From: Eledone cirrhosa
Taxonomy: Eukaryota
Direction of reading: 5' to 3'
Length of the DNA: 64,000 nucleotides
Assembly (NCBI GenBank): GCA_964016885.1
Contig: OZ024743.1
Coordinates: 187,240,001-187,304,000 of the forward strand
The position numbers were made by a program, and so were the translations under genes. The notes under the pieces were generated by a model. It saw nothing but the letters and a program-made list of their open reading frames with translations, ran no database searches and was not told the DNA's origin. Positions within the stretch are counted from its first letter, which is position 1; each line of letters opens with the position of its first letter. Positions 41,094-53,239 of this stretch are shown here, in pieces.

Positions 41094-43090
41094 TTACCTT
41101 ACTTCTCGTAGGGGAAGGACGGTTTTTCCATCCTTTTCACTGCTTGTGGCCTCCTCAGGAAGGATGTCCTTATAAATCCTCCTGGAGAGTGCTTGTCGGA
41201 AGTCTCCGATGTCTTTGGGGAATTTTTGTTTTAGTGTCATGTACGTTTTCTGTGTGATGCGAGTGATTTGTATGTGTGGAGGTGGTGTGAATTTTAGGGT
41301 TGTTGTGTAGTCTTTTTCTGTGATGCTGGTGTTGTGTTGGATGTAGTGTAATAATTGCTTGTTGTTCAAATTTAATGCTGTGTAGTGTGTATCGTTTTGG
41401 TTGTTTTGTTTTGTTTGCGTTTGTTGTGGGTTTGTTTCTGTTTCGCATTTTGGTGACTTTTGTGGTGTAGGTGATGGTGGTGTTGGGGTTAATGATGATG
41501 ATGGTGTTGGTGTTTGGGTTGATGGGGTTGGTGATGCTGGTGTGGATGGTGGCATATCTGTCCTAACTTTTTTGTTTCTTAATTTATTTTCTTTCCCTCT
41601 GTATTTTGTTTTTGGAGGGGGAAGGAAGAGAATTTTTTCTTTTTTGGTTTCTTTTTTTTTTCCGGATATCGTTTCCCACTCCGCGTCGTCACAATCTGTC
41701 TCCAGTTGTGATAGGCCGGGGAGTGCAAAATCCTCCACAGCCGTTACTTTTGGTTGTGGCGTGGTGGATGGTGTAGGCGCTGGTGCTAGTTCTGAAGCGT
41801 TGGGTGGTGGTGGTGTTGGTTTTGCTGGTGGTGGTGGTGGTGTTGGTTTTGCTACTGTTGCTGGGGTTGTTGCTGTTATAGTTGCTTCTGTTGTTGCTGC
41901 TACAGTTGTTGCTGCCATCTCTGCTACTGGTGGTGTTGATGGTTGTGTCACTGGGGTGGGTAGGAGAGGTGGCCTCAACCTTTTAGCCTGAGGGGAGAAA
42001 GCCCTTATGTGGGTTCCTTCACCACAAACGACACACCTAGGTCTTCTGCCCTCGACAATTATCGTGAGGTGGCTGCCGTCAGTGAGGTCTGTTACCTCTG
42101 GGATCTCCTCAATGTTTTTTTGGTCCGCTTGGATCAGGAGCTCCATCCCAGATCCGGTCAGTTTTCCTGCTTTTCTTTTGCTATTGCTATTATTTTCGTG
42201 TTGGCTTCGATGCCGGCGAGGACAGCCGCTATTAGCCAGGGAATTTCGATGGCCGGTGGAACGTGGGTCACCCTGATCTTTACGAGTCTCTGGCCACAAT
42301 AGCTTGGGACGAGTGTGAAGTCGTCACTTTTTAATGGGGCCATGGAGTGTTCTCTAGCCTCCTCTAGTGTTTCAAAGAACACATCCACGGTTCCATACTT
42401 TTTCCCACGTCTGATGTGGGTTTTTCTTGCCCACACATGTCCCAAAGCTTTTTGGATTTGGGACTCGGATGCCCGTTCCACTCGGCGCGAATTTACATTT
42501 ATTGTTCTATACGACACGGTGCATAGGCGCCGATGCTCCATTTTATTATGTGGGGGGGGGGGGGGGTGAGGCTGACCCTGTACCCATCTTTCTTTACCAT
42601 TTGTTTGGCATTTTCTAAATCTTCCTGAGTTACCGTAAATGCTTCGAATTGTTTTGCTACTCTGGCGAAACTGAGGGGGGGGGGGGTTTATAATGTCATT
42701 GTTGTTGTTGTTGCTATCGTTAATATTAATTTTAGTTTCAGTTGTGGTGGTGGTGACGTCAGTCGTCTTTGGTGGGGAAGAGTCCATTTTGCTTGATTTC
42801 ATTTCGACATCACGAATTAATTTATTTTTTTCTTCTTTTGTTTCTGTTGTCGCGGTGGTGGTGGTGGTGGTGGTTGTCGCGGTGGTGGTGGTGGTGGAGG
42901 CTTTAACAACTGCAGTCATTGGTAATGGCGGGAAATGAATGTCTGCCTGAGACAAATTTAAAATATTGCTACTGCTTATATTTTTTTTTGTGTTGGCAAA
43001 CGTAGTAACATTTACAATGGTGGTGTCGGTGTGAGGTGTTAATTTGTGAGGAAGGCTTTCAGCTGCTTCGTGCAGAGGTGAAGTAGCCAT
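41094..43090 (-). pseudogene. Tx1 ORF1 (RRM-like region, zinc knuckle, Pro/Thr-rich linker), frameshifted near 42158
   Basis: gaa aac tg[-] acc gga joins ORF 42158-43090 to ORF 41094-42299; knuckle RCVVCGEGTHIRAFS has its last Cys replaced by Ser. Confidence 0.75.
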
Positions 43091-43275
43091 TTTTTTAAAG
43101 AAATTTTTTGATAATAATAAAAGTTAAAATTTTTTGGGTGTCCTTTTCGGAAAACAATGTATGTGTGCTTATAAGCAGTTAACAATAAAATTTTCCATAA
43201 ATGGCAATTTTTAACAAACGGAAATAACAAACATTTGCGGAGCTCACGATGATACGATTTACTACGTAGGTCGCC

Positions 43276-43311
<36 letters not shown>

Positions 43312-43313
<2 letters not shown>

Positions 43314-45317
43314 TTTCTTTATTAACCACAAGGGTTTACATAAAGTAGACATTAAGGACAGTACAGGACAATACAGGACGGTACAAATGGGCATTTCTGT
43401 GTGTAAAAAAAACAGAGGATGTAATAAAAATGACCTAGAAATATTCCCCAATAGGGGGGAGACTTCCGAAGGACATTTGTGGAGAAAGCCCATTAAAAGG
43501 CCACAGTGACCCTGACCACCAGGGCAAGTGCCCTCTCCCAGTTTTCCACCTTTAATTTACAGACACATACTCAGAGAAGGCCCATTCACTCGGGCCATAC
43601 TTGCTTCTCTCACCCATCTTTCAACAAAATGCTGGGAAGAGAGCACTTCCCTCTCTACCCTGATTTTCCTTTTCAAATGAAATTTGAAAAAGTCAATCAG
43701 GGCATCACCGAAGAGGTAAGTGCTCGTCTTCAGCCCTTTCAAACATGTCCACCATACTATCTCTTTTGCCATGGCCACCAGACAGATAAAAACTGCCTGC
43801 CCTTCCCGGCTAAAGGAAGAGGGCGGGGCAATCTTCACTAAGGATTAAGCTGATAGCTGTATCTGTCCTACACGTGACAGCAGGTGTTCGACATAAACCC
43901 ACAAGTCAGCAATGCTCGGACATTGGACGAGTGTGTGCAGGACGGTTTTGTCACCCTGCGCGCATCTCGGACATGCCCGGCTGACGGCACCACCATGCCT
44001 GTAGAGTTTATCCCGAACTGGCAAAGCTCCTCGATAGCACTGCCAGGCCAGGGATTTCTGGAAGTTGTCCATAGGATCCGGTTCTTCCAAAGAGATTGGC
44101 TAGTTGATTTTCGTCGACACCTAGAGTTTCTCCAAGTACGTCATCGCTCTTCCCCTCCACTAATCCTCTATAGAACGCCAAGGTGGAGTTTCCACCGATC
44201 ACATTGCTCGATTGGTCGAGGGCTGTAAGCGCCTGAAGACATTCCAGTCTCCAAGCGCTCTCTCTCGGTCTTCGCTTGACCCAGGACTGCAGCTCCGTCA
44301 AGGAGACGAGCTGGGAAAAGATGTGTCTAGCAAACGGCGACCACACCTGATCACCGTTGAGGAAGAGATGGAGATGTTGTAGCCTGAGCGCGTGTCTGCG
44401 CATCATCAGCCACGGCATGCCCAGCCCTCCATCTAGCGGGTGTTGACAGCAGATGGACCGCCTGACCATCGGAGCGCGTCCCTTCCACAAAAAGTGAAAA
44501 AGCAAACGCTCCAGCGAGTCGGGCGGGGCTTAGGACAAGGTACGACGTTCAGGCGGTAGTAGATGACGGACGCGATGTACGCGTTGGCCACCTCCGCTCG
44601 ACCATTCAGGGATAGCTTCCTCTCCGCCCATTTCTGGGTGAGAGAAGCCACTCTGCTCGTCACCTCGTCCCAGTTTTGGTCCGTCTGGAGGTTCGGACCG
44701 AACCAGAACCGTAGCAATTTAACCAGTCCGTCCATCCAGCGCCCGACGACGCTGTTGGACGGCATAGACCTGCCTCTCCAGGTGCCGAGCTGCAGGCCCA
44801 CTGACTTTACCTGGTTGATCATTGCTCCTGTCACCGCTTCATATTCTGTTAGTGTAGTGCCGATCACCTCGATGTGTTTGGTGTTTGACACCACTACGGT
44901 GACATCGTCCGCATATGCTGACACGGATCTTCTGCATCCTAGTTCGTGCGGGACCCCCCTCAATGTCTTCAGTTTGTGCAGTAATGGCTCGAGAGTCAAT
45001 ATGTACAAGAGGGACCAGAGGGGAAATCCTTGGCGGACCGAGTGCATGATGTTGAACGGTTCCGAAAGGTGACCGTTCACTCTCACAACAGAGCAGATGT
45101 CGCTGTGCATGGCAGCGATCCAGCCTCTGAAGACAGTCCCAAAGCCAGCCGCCCTCAGGACTGCCGCTAGGTAACGATGGTTGACCCTATCGAAAGCTTT
45201 CGACTGATCTAAATTGATCAAGGACCCACCCGTGCCAGGTTCCCTAGCTACCCTCTCTACGATGTATCACATGAGGTGGAGGTTTTCGTGGATGGATCTG
45301 TCGGGAATGGCGCATGT
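43312..45317 (-). mobile_element. Second Tx1 copy, 5'-truncated and frameshifted
   Basis: Colinear with 37395-39408, with small indels and substitutions. Confidence 0.93.
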
Positions 45318-46942
45318 TTAAATTGAAACTAAAATGAAAGTCGAAGAACCTATCTTCAACTATTGTTTCATTTTCATATAAAGTTTGAGTGGAATCATTG
45401 AGGGAACCTTATATGATGAGTGCCTACTACAAAAACTATAGCACTCCCTGTCTAATCCCACTAAAATCATCTCTTAAGGCCACATTGAATTCTAACAATG
45501 TTATCAGCCCCATCATAAACAGGTGGAAGCCAGTATATATATATATATGATGCCCAACTTTCACAACAATGCTGTGTTTTTTTGTTTTTTTTTATCTTAC
45601 AAAACCTTCACAATAGCAGTGTTAAGTATTACTAATATTTTTTTTTAATCTCAGATGGTTTTAGAATGGTTTCAATGCTTGATTACTTTTTTCTGACTCT
45701 AGACCTTACTAAATATTAATGTCTTATATCACATGAAAATGCATTAACAACGTCAAAAAACTTCAAAAATACAATGACTGCATCATCCTATTGAGAATTA
45801 CAATCTTTACCCTAATACTGCCAAGTTAATCTGTTTCCTAATGAAGATACTATAAACATTTGGATTAACAAACCTTTTTAGAATATATTTTATGTGAAAA
45901 CATTACAGGACGTTATGAGTTAATGCTACTGGGAAAAACATGAATGTCATACACTTGTATTTTACCCTCCCTAACATATCTTCTTCTTCTTCTTGAGAGA
46001 GAGTCATGGTGGCAGAGTTCTCAGATATGCTTTCCAGAAGGTCCTATTGAAAGCAGCCAAATGATCTGGCTGGAGATCCACTGAAATGGATGTTACCCAA
46101 CACTCTTGCTCGTCGTTTATCTCTGGGTTTTCTGCTAGTTCGTGTTGCACATAAAATCTGCAATTATTAAAATGTAAGAGTAGTTTAATTATTCTGAATA
46201 AATGTCCAAAAATGAGGCACAATATGGATAACAGGAAGAATAAAGGTGAGTGAGATGAATTGGTTTAGTTCCAGATAATATATACAGTAACTAAGTTCAG
46301 AAGCATAGATATCATTTTTGTAGTTGTAATAGAGACAGAGAGATATTAACTAATAGTTATGATCAGATTTTATGAGAAGGAATTATTTGTGTTTTAGAAA
46401 TGATGGCTACCTTTATGAATGAACACACAAGTACATGCGGATATCAAAGCTAAAAGTAAAACATTGATTTCCAAGGAAAAAAGAAAATTATATACAGTCT
46501 TTGACAGAATATCATTTTTATGTTGAATGCTTATGTAAATTTCCATTGCCCTTTGAGCTTCATGACTTAGAAAAGAGCAAAATTGCTGTTGTCGGCACTT
46601 TCAAATAAAGATTAAAAGGACTTAAACATGGAATGAGGCATAATTGCAGTTTTTCTTTACAACCATTATTATAAACTAGTAAAAGTGTATGTATTAAGCA
46701 TGAAGTCAATAGAATAATATGTTTTCCTTTGATGTTTAATTGAAATCCATTTTCAATAATAATAGAATATTAAATAAGGATTATAATAGCAAAAAAAATA
46801 AATAAATAGAAAAAAAAAAATAATGAAGAAGAAAATTGAAATTAATGGCTTTTAAAATGTTCTTTTAAGCTCAGTATTTTATATTGCAACAATTGTAAAA
46901 CATAATAATAATGATAACAACAACAACAACAACAACAACAGC

Positions 46943-46975
<33 letters not shown>

Positions 46976-47837
46976 AACAATAATAATAATAATAATAATA
47001 ATAACAATAATAACAATAACAACAATAATAATAATTGTTTCTACTTTTGGCACAAGGCCAGCAATTATTCCAGTGTATTACTGGTACTTTATTTTATGGA
47101 CCCCGTAAGGATGAAAGGCAAAGTTAACAATAATAATAATAATGTTTATTAAAAAAGTGATATTAATGGTAATAGGGACATAGCCAACTGTGATGGCTGT
47201 TCATAAACATTAGCAGTAATAATACCAAGATAGAAATCATGGTAATGATGATGATTTACAAAGTGCTTTTTAAGGGAAAATATTTTGAACATAGACATCA
47301 ACATTAATATTTAGTTTAAAGTAAATAATTTATGTTTTTGAAGAATGCTAAATTTTATTCTTTGTTATGAAGACAAAAGAATTAATTAAATATAATCCAC
47401 CTCACTCATAATTATGGGATTTAGAATTTAAATTATTTCTTTATTTATTACCAAGTGTGATCATGGTCCTGGGATCAGTCCCAGTATGCTGTACTTTGGG
47501 AAAGTATCCTTCATCTTAACCTTGGATCAACCACATCCATTGGTAGATAGAAACTGTTCTCATATGTCTTCAAACCCTTGAGAAATGACATGGACACTGC
47601 CTTTACTTCTTGGGTTAAGAAGTAGAAATAGCCCAAACTTCCATTTTTATAACAACACATATTTTTCATGCTGAAATATCATGGAAATATATGTATGTGT
47701 GTGTGTGTGTGTGTGTGTGCATGCGTATGTGAGCCCCACCCGACAAACAAACAAAGCAGACTAAAACTAATATTCAAATTGAAAATTAGAATTGGTGCCC
47801 TGAAATAGCGATGTATACATGAATGTAAATATAGTAT

Positions 47838-48172
47838 CATCATCATTCATCATCATCATTTCATTTTACGTCCACTTTTCCCTGCTTGCAAGGGTGGTAC
47901 GGGAACTGATTCTGGCTTGATTTCTACAGCTGGATGCCCTTCCTAACACCAACCTCATTTACAGTGAGTGCTGGGTGCTTTTTTGCCGTGACACCTCCAT
48001 GACCACTTTGCAGTGGAATGATAGGGACCCCAGTCCCTATCATCTCATTTCTACAGCTGAGTAAACTGGAGCAATGTGAAATAAAGTGTCTTGCTCAAGG
48101 AAACCCGGTCTGAGAATTGAACTCACAACCTTTCGATTGCAAGGCCAATGCTCTAACCACTAAGCCATGTGC
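47838..48172 (-). mobile_element. Composite tRNA/CORE/RTE-tail SINE inserted in the H2 array
   Basis: Near-identical to 28442-28789; the host unit resumes after it (short gtat duplication). Confidence 0.9.
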
Positions 48173-48280
48173 GTATATTTGACAATATACTGTATGCTTA
48201 ATTAAAAGCATTTTGAAGACCTTGCGCTATTATTTTAAAGTAGTGACTATGTCACTTCTTTTTTCAACAAACAAAGGGAG

Positions 48281-48328
48281 ATAAGCTAACAGATCTGTTT
48301 CATACTGTTGGTAATCATCAGAGCTTAG
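48281..48328 (-). ncRNA. Minimal hammerhead ribozyme (H2)
   Basis: Reverse complement of taagct-CTGATGA-t.tac.caaca.gta.t-GAAA-cagatctg-TT-agctta. Confidence 0.8.
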
Positions 48329-48474
48329 CACTTGCTTTGTCCGTTGAAAATTATAAATGTTGGATTGTTATAGAATTCCAGTAATAATCAGGAACTGATT
48401 ATACAGAGCGATTGCCGGTCCAGCAAAAGTTGAAAATTAGAATTGGTGCTCTGAAATAGCGATGTATACAAGTG

Positions 48475-48522
48475 CTAAGATCTGATGATTACCAACAGTA
48501 TGAAACAGATCTGTTAGTTTAT
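48475..48522 (+). ncRNA. Minimal hammerhead ribozyme (H2), stem I mutated
   Basis: Core intact; stem I taagat/agttta is weakened. Confidence 0.6.
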
Positions 48523-48790
48523 CTCCCTTTGTTTGTTGAAAAAAGAAGTAAGTGACATAGTCACTACTTTAAAATAATAGCGCACAGTCTTCAAAATGCT
48601 TTTAATTAAGCGTACAGTATATTGCCAAATATACTATGTATACATTCATGTATACATTGCTATTTCAGAGCACCAATTCTAATTTTCACTTTTTGCTGGA
48701 CCGGCAATCACTCTGTATAATCAGTTCCTGATTATTACTGGAATTCTATAACAATCCAACATTTATAATTTTCAACGGACAAAGCAAGTG

Positions 48791-48838
48791 CTAAGCTCTG
48801 ATGATTACCAACAGTATGAAACAGATCTGTTAGCTTAT
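48791..48838 (+). ncRNA. Minimal hammerhead ribozyme (H2)
   Basis: taagct-CTGATGA-ttaccaacagtat-GAAA-cagatctg-TT-agctta; stem III acagatctgt is self-complementary. Confidence 0.82.
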
Positions 48839-50643
48839 CTCCCTTTGTTTGTTGAAAAAAGAAGTGACATAGTCACTACTTTAAAATAATAGCGCAAGGT
48901 CTTCAAAATGTTTTTAATTAAGCGTACAGTATATTGCCAAATATACTATATATACATTAATATGCAAATGTTTTAACCCTTTACCATTTACATTACTCTA
49001 TATTTACTATTATATTTTCACAGTAAAGGCTTTACCTCACATAATTATATCACATAATGTCAAATCTATAAGATTTTGATATTATCTATTTTGAGAAAAA
49101 TACCTTGACATCAGTATGAGTGGCCTGTTACAGCTAGTTTGTACAGAAAGAGGAGAGAGAATTATGTCTAGATACAACCGGTTTAAAAGCTAAATGGTTA
49201 ATTAAAGTATAATGCTAAATCTACTTAAATATTCATAGACTCCAGTTTAACCTGGGTCCTCATATCACCCACTTTCATTGGTTATGTTAAGCTTTTCTAT
49301 CATTTTTATTTTTTAGTCAATTGCTGCACCAATCTTTGGAGTTGAATTATGTAGATGTTTTTATTAACATTATGCAAGTCAGCTGAGATAGCATTCTCAA
49401 AAATCTAACCAGGTAAGTGAGAAACGAATATATACAACCCATTTCTGATATGTTCAGTATCTTAATAACTCTTCGTAAACATTGTATACAAATCTCTTTC
49501 ATTATGTCTTGATTACTTTACTCATTTATTTCATTTTACTCTAGTCCATTCAGTAGCAATAATGAACTCTACTTGAAATTCAATAAGCTTGATTTGTCAT
49601 ACCCTATGTCATGCTGAATCTCCCTGAGAACTACATCATGTGTATACATGTCTATGGAATGCTCAGCTACTTGCATGTTAATGGCACACTTGTCAGTGGA
49701 ACCACTGGAGGTCCAATAGGCACACTTTACTCATTATCCAACCCTTGCTAACAGGGAAACAGACATTAAATGAAGATCATGACAACTGTCGTTAATCTAA
49801 TCTTTATTGATAATAATTAGTCAGTTATTTTCGACTATTTACTTTATGCTACTCAGAGTAATCTGATCATACCTCTTTGTTTCTATCAATTTCAATATAT
49901 CAAATCTCATCAGACATACTTCATTCAGTTAATATCATGTTACATCTAACATGGCACAAAATAAAATACAATATGACTCAAGGCATAAAACATTGATAAA
50001 CTTAATAATAATTTCTTGTTTTCTAACTTGAAAAATATGTTTTCTTCAGTAATTCTGAATTTGTTTAATTTGTCGATTTTCTGGTCTTTTCAAGATTGTC
50101 ATAAGTACTGATAAAACTATGTGCCACTGAAGAGAAATTATAAGATGGAAATATGGCTATACTTATCAAAGGTTAGATTTCTCTCTAAATGGTGCCATTC
50201 ATTCTATCTTTAATCAATTTAGATTTCAGAGTTGCTTCTCTTGTCTCTTTTAAATGAGAATTTATTATGAAATATAAACATTTTCTCTCCAATACAAGTA
50301 TAATTTTAATTGTTTAAATATTATTTTTAGATTTTGAAGTGATTGTATAAGTGTCATGACAAAAAGTGTCCAGTCGACACTGAAAAGCCCTTGTTTTGGT
50401 GCCATGATAAAAAGCATCTAGTACACACTGTAAATGTGGTTGGTGTTAGGGAGGGCATCCCACCATAGAAACCAAGCCTGAATCAGTTTTGTATGAGCAA
50501 ACACGGTCATCTGATCTGAAAAATGGACATTAAACAGTGATGATGATAATGATGATTGCTACATTAAGCTTATTAGCCACCACATAGGTTCATTATACAG
50601 AAGGCATCTTAGGCATATTTTACTCAGTCATTATTTTATGCTG

Positions 50644-50833
50644 AAGGGCGGTGAATTGACAGCATTGGTAGAGCGTCATACACCATGCTTTACAGCATAG
50701 AGTTATGACCCTTTACGCTCTGAGTTCAAATCCCGCCGAGGTTAACTTTGCCTTTCATCCTTACGGGGTCGATAAAATAAAGTACCAGTAATGCTCTGGG
50801 ATAATTGCTGGCCTTGTGCCAAAAGTAGAAACA
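50644..50833 (+). mobile_element. SINE family A with 14-bp target-site duplication
   Basis: attattttatgctg at 50630-50643 and 50834-50847. Confidence 0.9.
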
Positions 50834-51153
50834 ATTATTTTATGCTGTTGTTCTTGTTATTGGTTTGGCCAACCTTCCTCCATGAGGTTGTATCTCATAG
50901 GTGGTTGTATATGTGTTTTATTGATGTAAGTCCCAGTTCTATCCGGTCACCATTTTTCTGATGACAGGAGGCTGTATTTGAATACAGAACTGGAACAGAC
51001 AATACAAGATATCTAATCCAATAATTTAACTATTTTGCCAATCTACTGCCCTGAATATGAAATTATTTCTAGTGGGATGGAAAGCAATACCGACCTATTA
51101 GACAAGAGTTCCTGACATGTAACCAGTTCATTTGATGGGATACAGTTTGTTTC

Positions 51154-52730
51154 TTGATAGTTGCTGAGATGTTGAAGGCATCTGGTATGGTGGGACAGAC
51201 TATGGTCACCCGTATAGTTAACCAAGTAATACAGAATGGGGTCGTTCCGAAGGACTGGCAGAGCAGCATCATCATTAACTCCTACAAGGGTAAAGGAGAT
51301 GCCCTAGATAGGGGTAACTATAGAGGCATTAAATTAATCGACCAGGTCATGAAGGTCACAGAAAAAGTAATAGCGCAACTAATCAGAGAGCGAATTGATC
51401 TAGATGAAATGCAGTTCGGGTTTGTGTCAGGTAAAAGTACCACAGATGCTCTTTTCATTGTACAACAACTACAGGAGAAGTACCTTGCTAAAAGTAAACC
51501 CCTATACTTAGCTTTTGTTGACTTGGAGAAAGCCTTTGACAGAGTCCCCCACTCGATTATCTGGTGGGCCCTTAGAAAACTGGGTGTTGATGAATGGCTT
51601 AAGCTATGTATAAAGAAACAGTCAGCAAGGTTAGAATTAACAACGAATATAGTGAAGAGTTTAGCGTAAAAGTTGGTGTTCATCAGGGCTCCGTCCTTAG
51701 CCCCCTCCTATTTATTATTGCCCTTCAGGCTATAACAGAGGAGTTCAAGACCGGCTGCCCATGGGAACTCCTATACGCAGATGATCTAACGCTCATAGCT
51801 GAACCAATGGCCGAACTAGAGAAGAAATTCCAAATGTGGAAGCATGGCCTAGAATCAAAAGGCCTTAAAATTAACCTGTCCAAGACAAAAGTTCTAGTTT
51901 GTAGGAAGGAAAATAGGGCACCAATCCCATCTGGGAAATGGCCATGCTCAGTATCTAGGAAAGGAGTAGGCAGAAACTCCATTTTATGTCCCAAATGCAA
52001 AGTATGGGTGCATAAAAGATGTAGTGGGATCACAGGTAAGCTAACTAAGAATATAGATTTTATATGTGGCCAGTGCTCTGGTGTAATAAGTAGCAGCAAG
52101 TGCCCAGGGAATACTAGCTCATTCCATTGCACAGATGGTTCTATAGAAATAGTGGACACCTTCCGTTACCTGGGTGACAAAATCAGCAGTGGTGGAGGGT
52201 GCTCTGAAAGTACAGTAGCTAGAGTCAGAACGGGATGGAAAAAGTTCAGAGAGCTTATACCACTATTGGTCGCTAAAGGGTTCTCTCTAGAAATGAAAGG
52301 CAGGCTGTATGATGCCTGCATACGAACAGCAATGTTGCATGGCAGTGAGACCTGGGCATTGTGTGCAGAGGATATACACAGACTGGAGAGGAACGAAGCT
52401 TGTATGCTCCGCTGGATGTGTAATAGTAATATACGTGAATGGCAAAGCATAAACGAACTAAGGGAGAAATTAGGAATAAGAGGGATCAGATGCTGTTTAC
52501 CCGAGAGAAGACTACGTTGGTACGGTCACGTGATGTGCATGAAAGACGACAGCTGTATAAAAAAGTGCAGGCCGATAAAAATAGACGGTAGCCACGGAGT
52601 AGGCAGACCTAGAAAAACCTGGGACGACTTGATAAATTCCGACCTCACACACTTACACCTCTCCAAGACAATGTCACTGGACCGAGATCTTTGGCGCTAC
52701 ACAGTAATACAGAAGACCCGCCTTGCCTAA
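51154..52730 (+). pseudogene. RTE ORF (RT with embedded PHD-like finger), frameshifting deletion near 51600
   Basis: ORFs 51154-51669 and 51606-52730 join at GVDEWL/MYKE. Confidence 0.88.
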
Positions 52731-53113
52731 GTACAAAGCGAAACCTACAGTCAGTAGGCGCCTCTAACAAAAATACACCCCGGCCCCACTACCCCCACCC
52801 TATCCACACCACCCCTTCCAATGTAAAGTTATATTGGTACCACAACATCCAGTCGTAAAGAAATGAGGTCGTGTAGGTGTCACGACAAAAAAACACACAG
52901 TCCACGCTGTAATGTGGCCGTGTAGGTAACACGGTAAAAACCTCCCAGTCCACACTGTAAATGTGGTTGGTGTTAGGAAGGGCATCCAGCAGTAGAAAAC
53001 CCGCCTGACAGTCCTATACGAGCAAGACAACCAATCTTGCCTCAAGTGGGCAAATTCCCGTCCAAACCCATGCTAGCGTTGAAGATGGACGTTAAACGAT
53101 GATGATGATGATG
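51154..53113 (+). mobile_element. RTE-clade LINE, 5'-truncated, with 3' UTR and (GAT)n tail
   Basis: RT motifs YRGIKL, QFGF, FVDLEKAFDRV, GVHQGSVLSP, LLYADD, FRYLG, LRWYGHV, GRPRKTW. Confidence 0.93.
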
Positions 53114-53239
53114 CATTATATAGTAGAGTCAAGAACGGTGGATTGGCAGTATTAGTGGAGCGTCAGACACCATGCTATGCAAACTTGGGGGAAATAGAAC
53201 TAATAATCATCCTACTATCATCATTTCAAGATGTATTTA

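Larger units (their letters stand above)
37395..43275 (-). mobile_element. Full-length L1-Tx1 clade non-LTR retrotransposon (5.9 kb) flanked by (AAT)n
   Basis: ORF1 plus ORF2 (APE-RT-CCHC), 5' UTR, 3' UTR with AATAAA just before (ATT)n; AAT runs at 37368-37394 and 43276-43311. Confidence 0.93.
47779..48957. mobile_element. Non-coding tandem/inverted array of a 316-nt hammerhead unit (retrozyme/PLE pLTR-like, family H2)
   Basis: Minus-strand units 47779-48470 (SINE-interrupted) abut plus-strand units 48471-48957; plus-strand CTGATGA cores at 48482 and 48798. Confidence 0.8.

Noticed and set aside
38655-42938. Plus-strand ORFs of 100-196 aa
   Set aside because: Antisense shadows of GC-rich Tx1 coding sequence with no independent motifs; the same applies to the plus-strand ORFs over the CRE element
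47779-48957. CRISPR-like repeat array
   Set aside because: Whole units repeat with no unique spacers, there are no cas genes, and the context is eukaryotic
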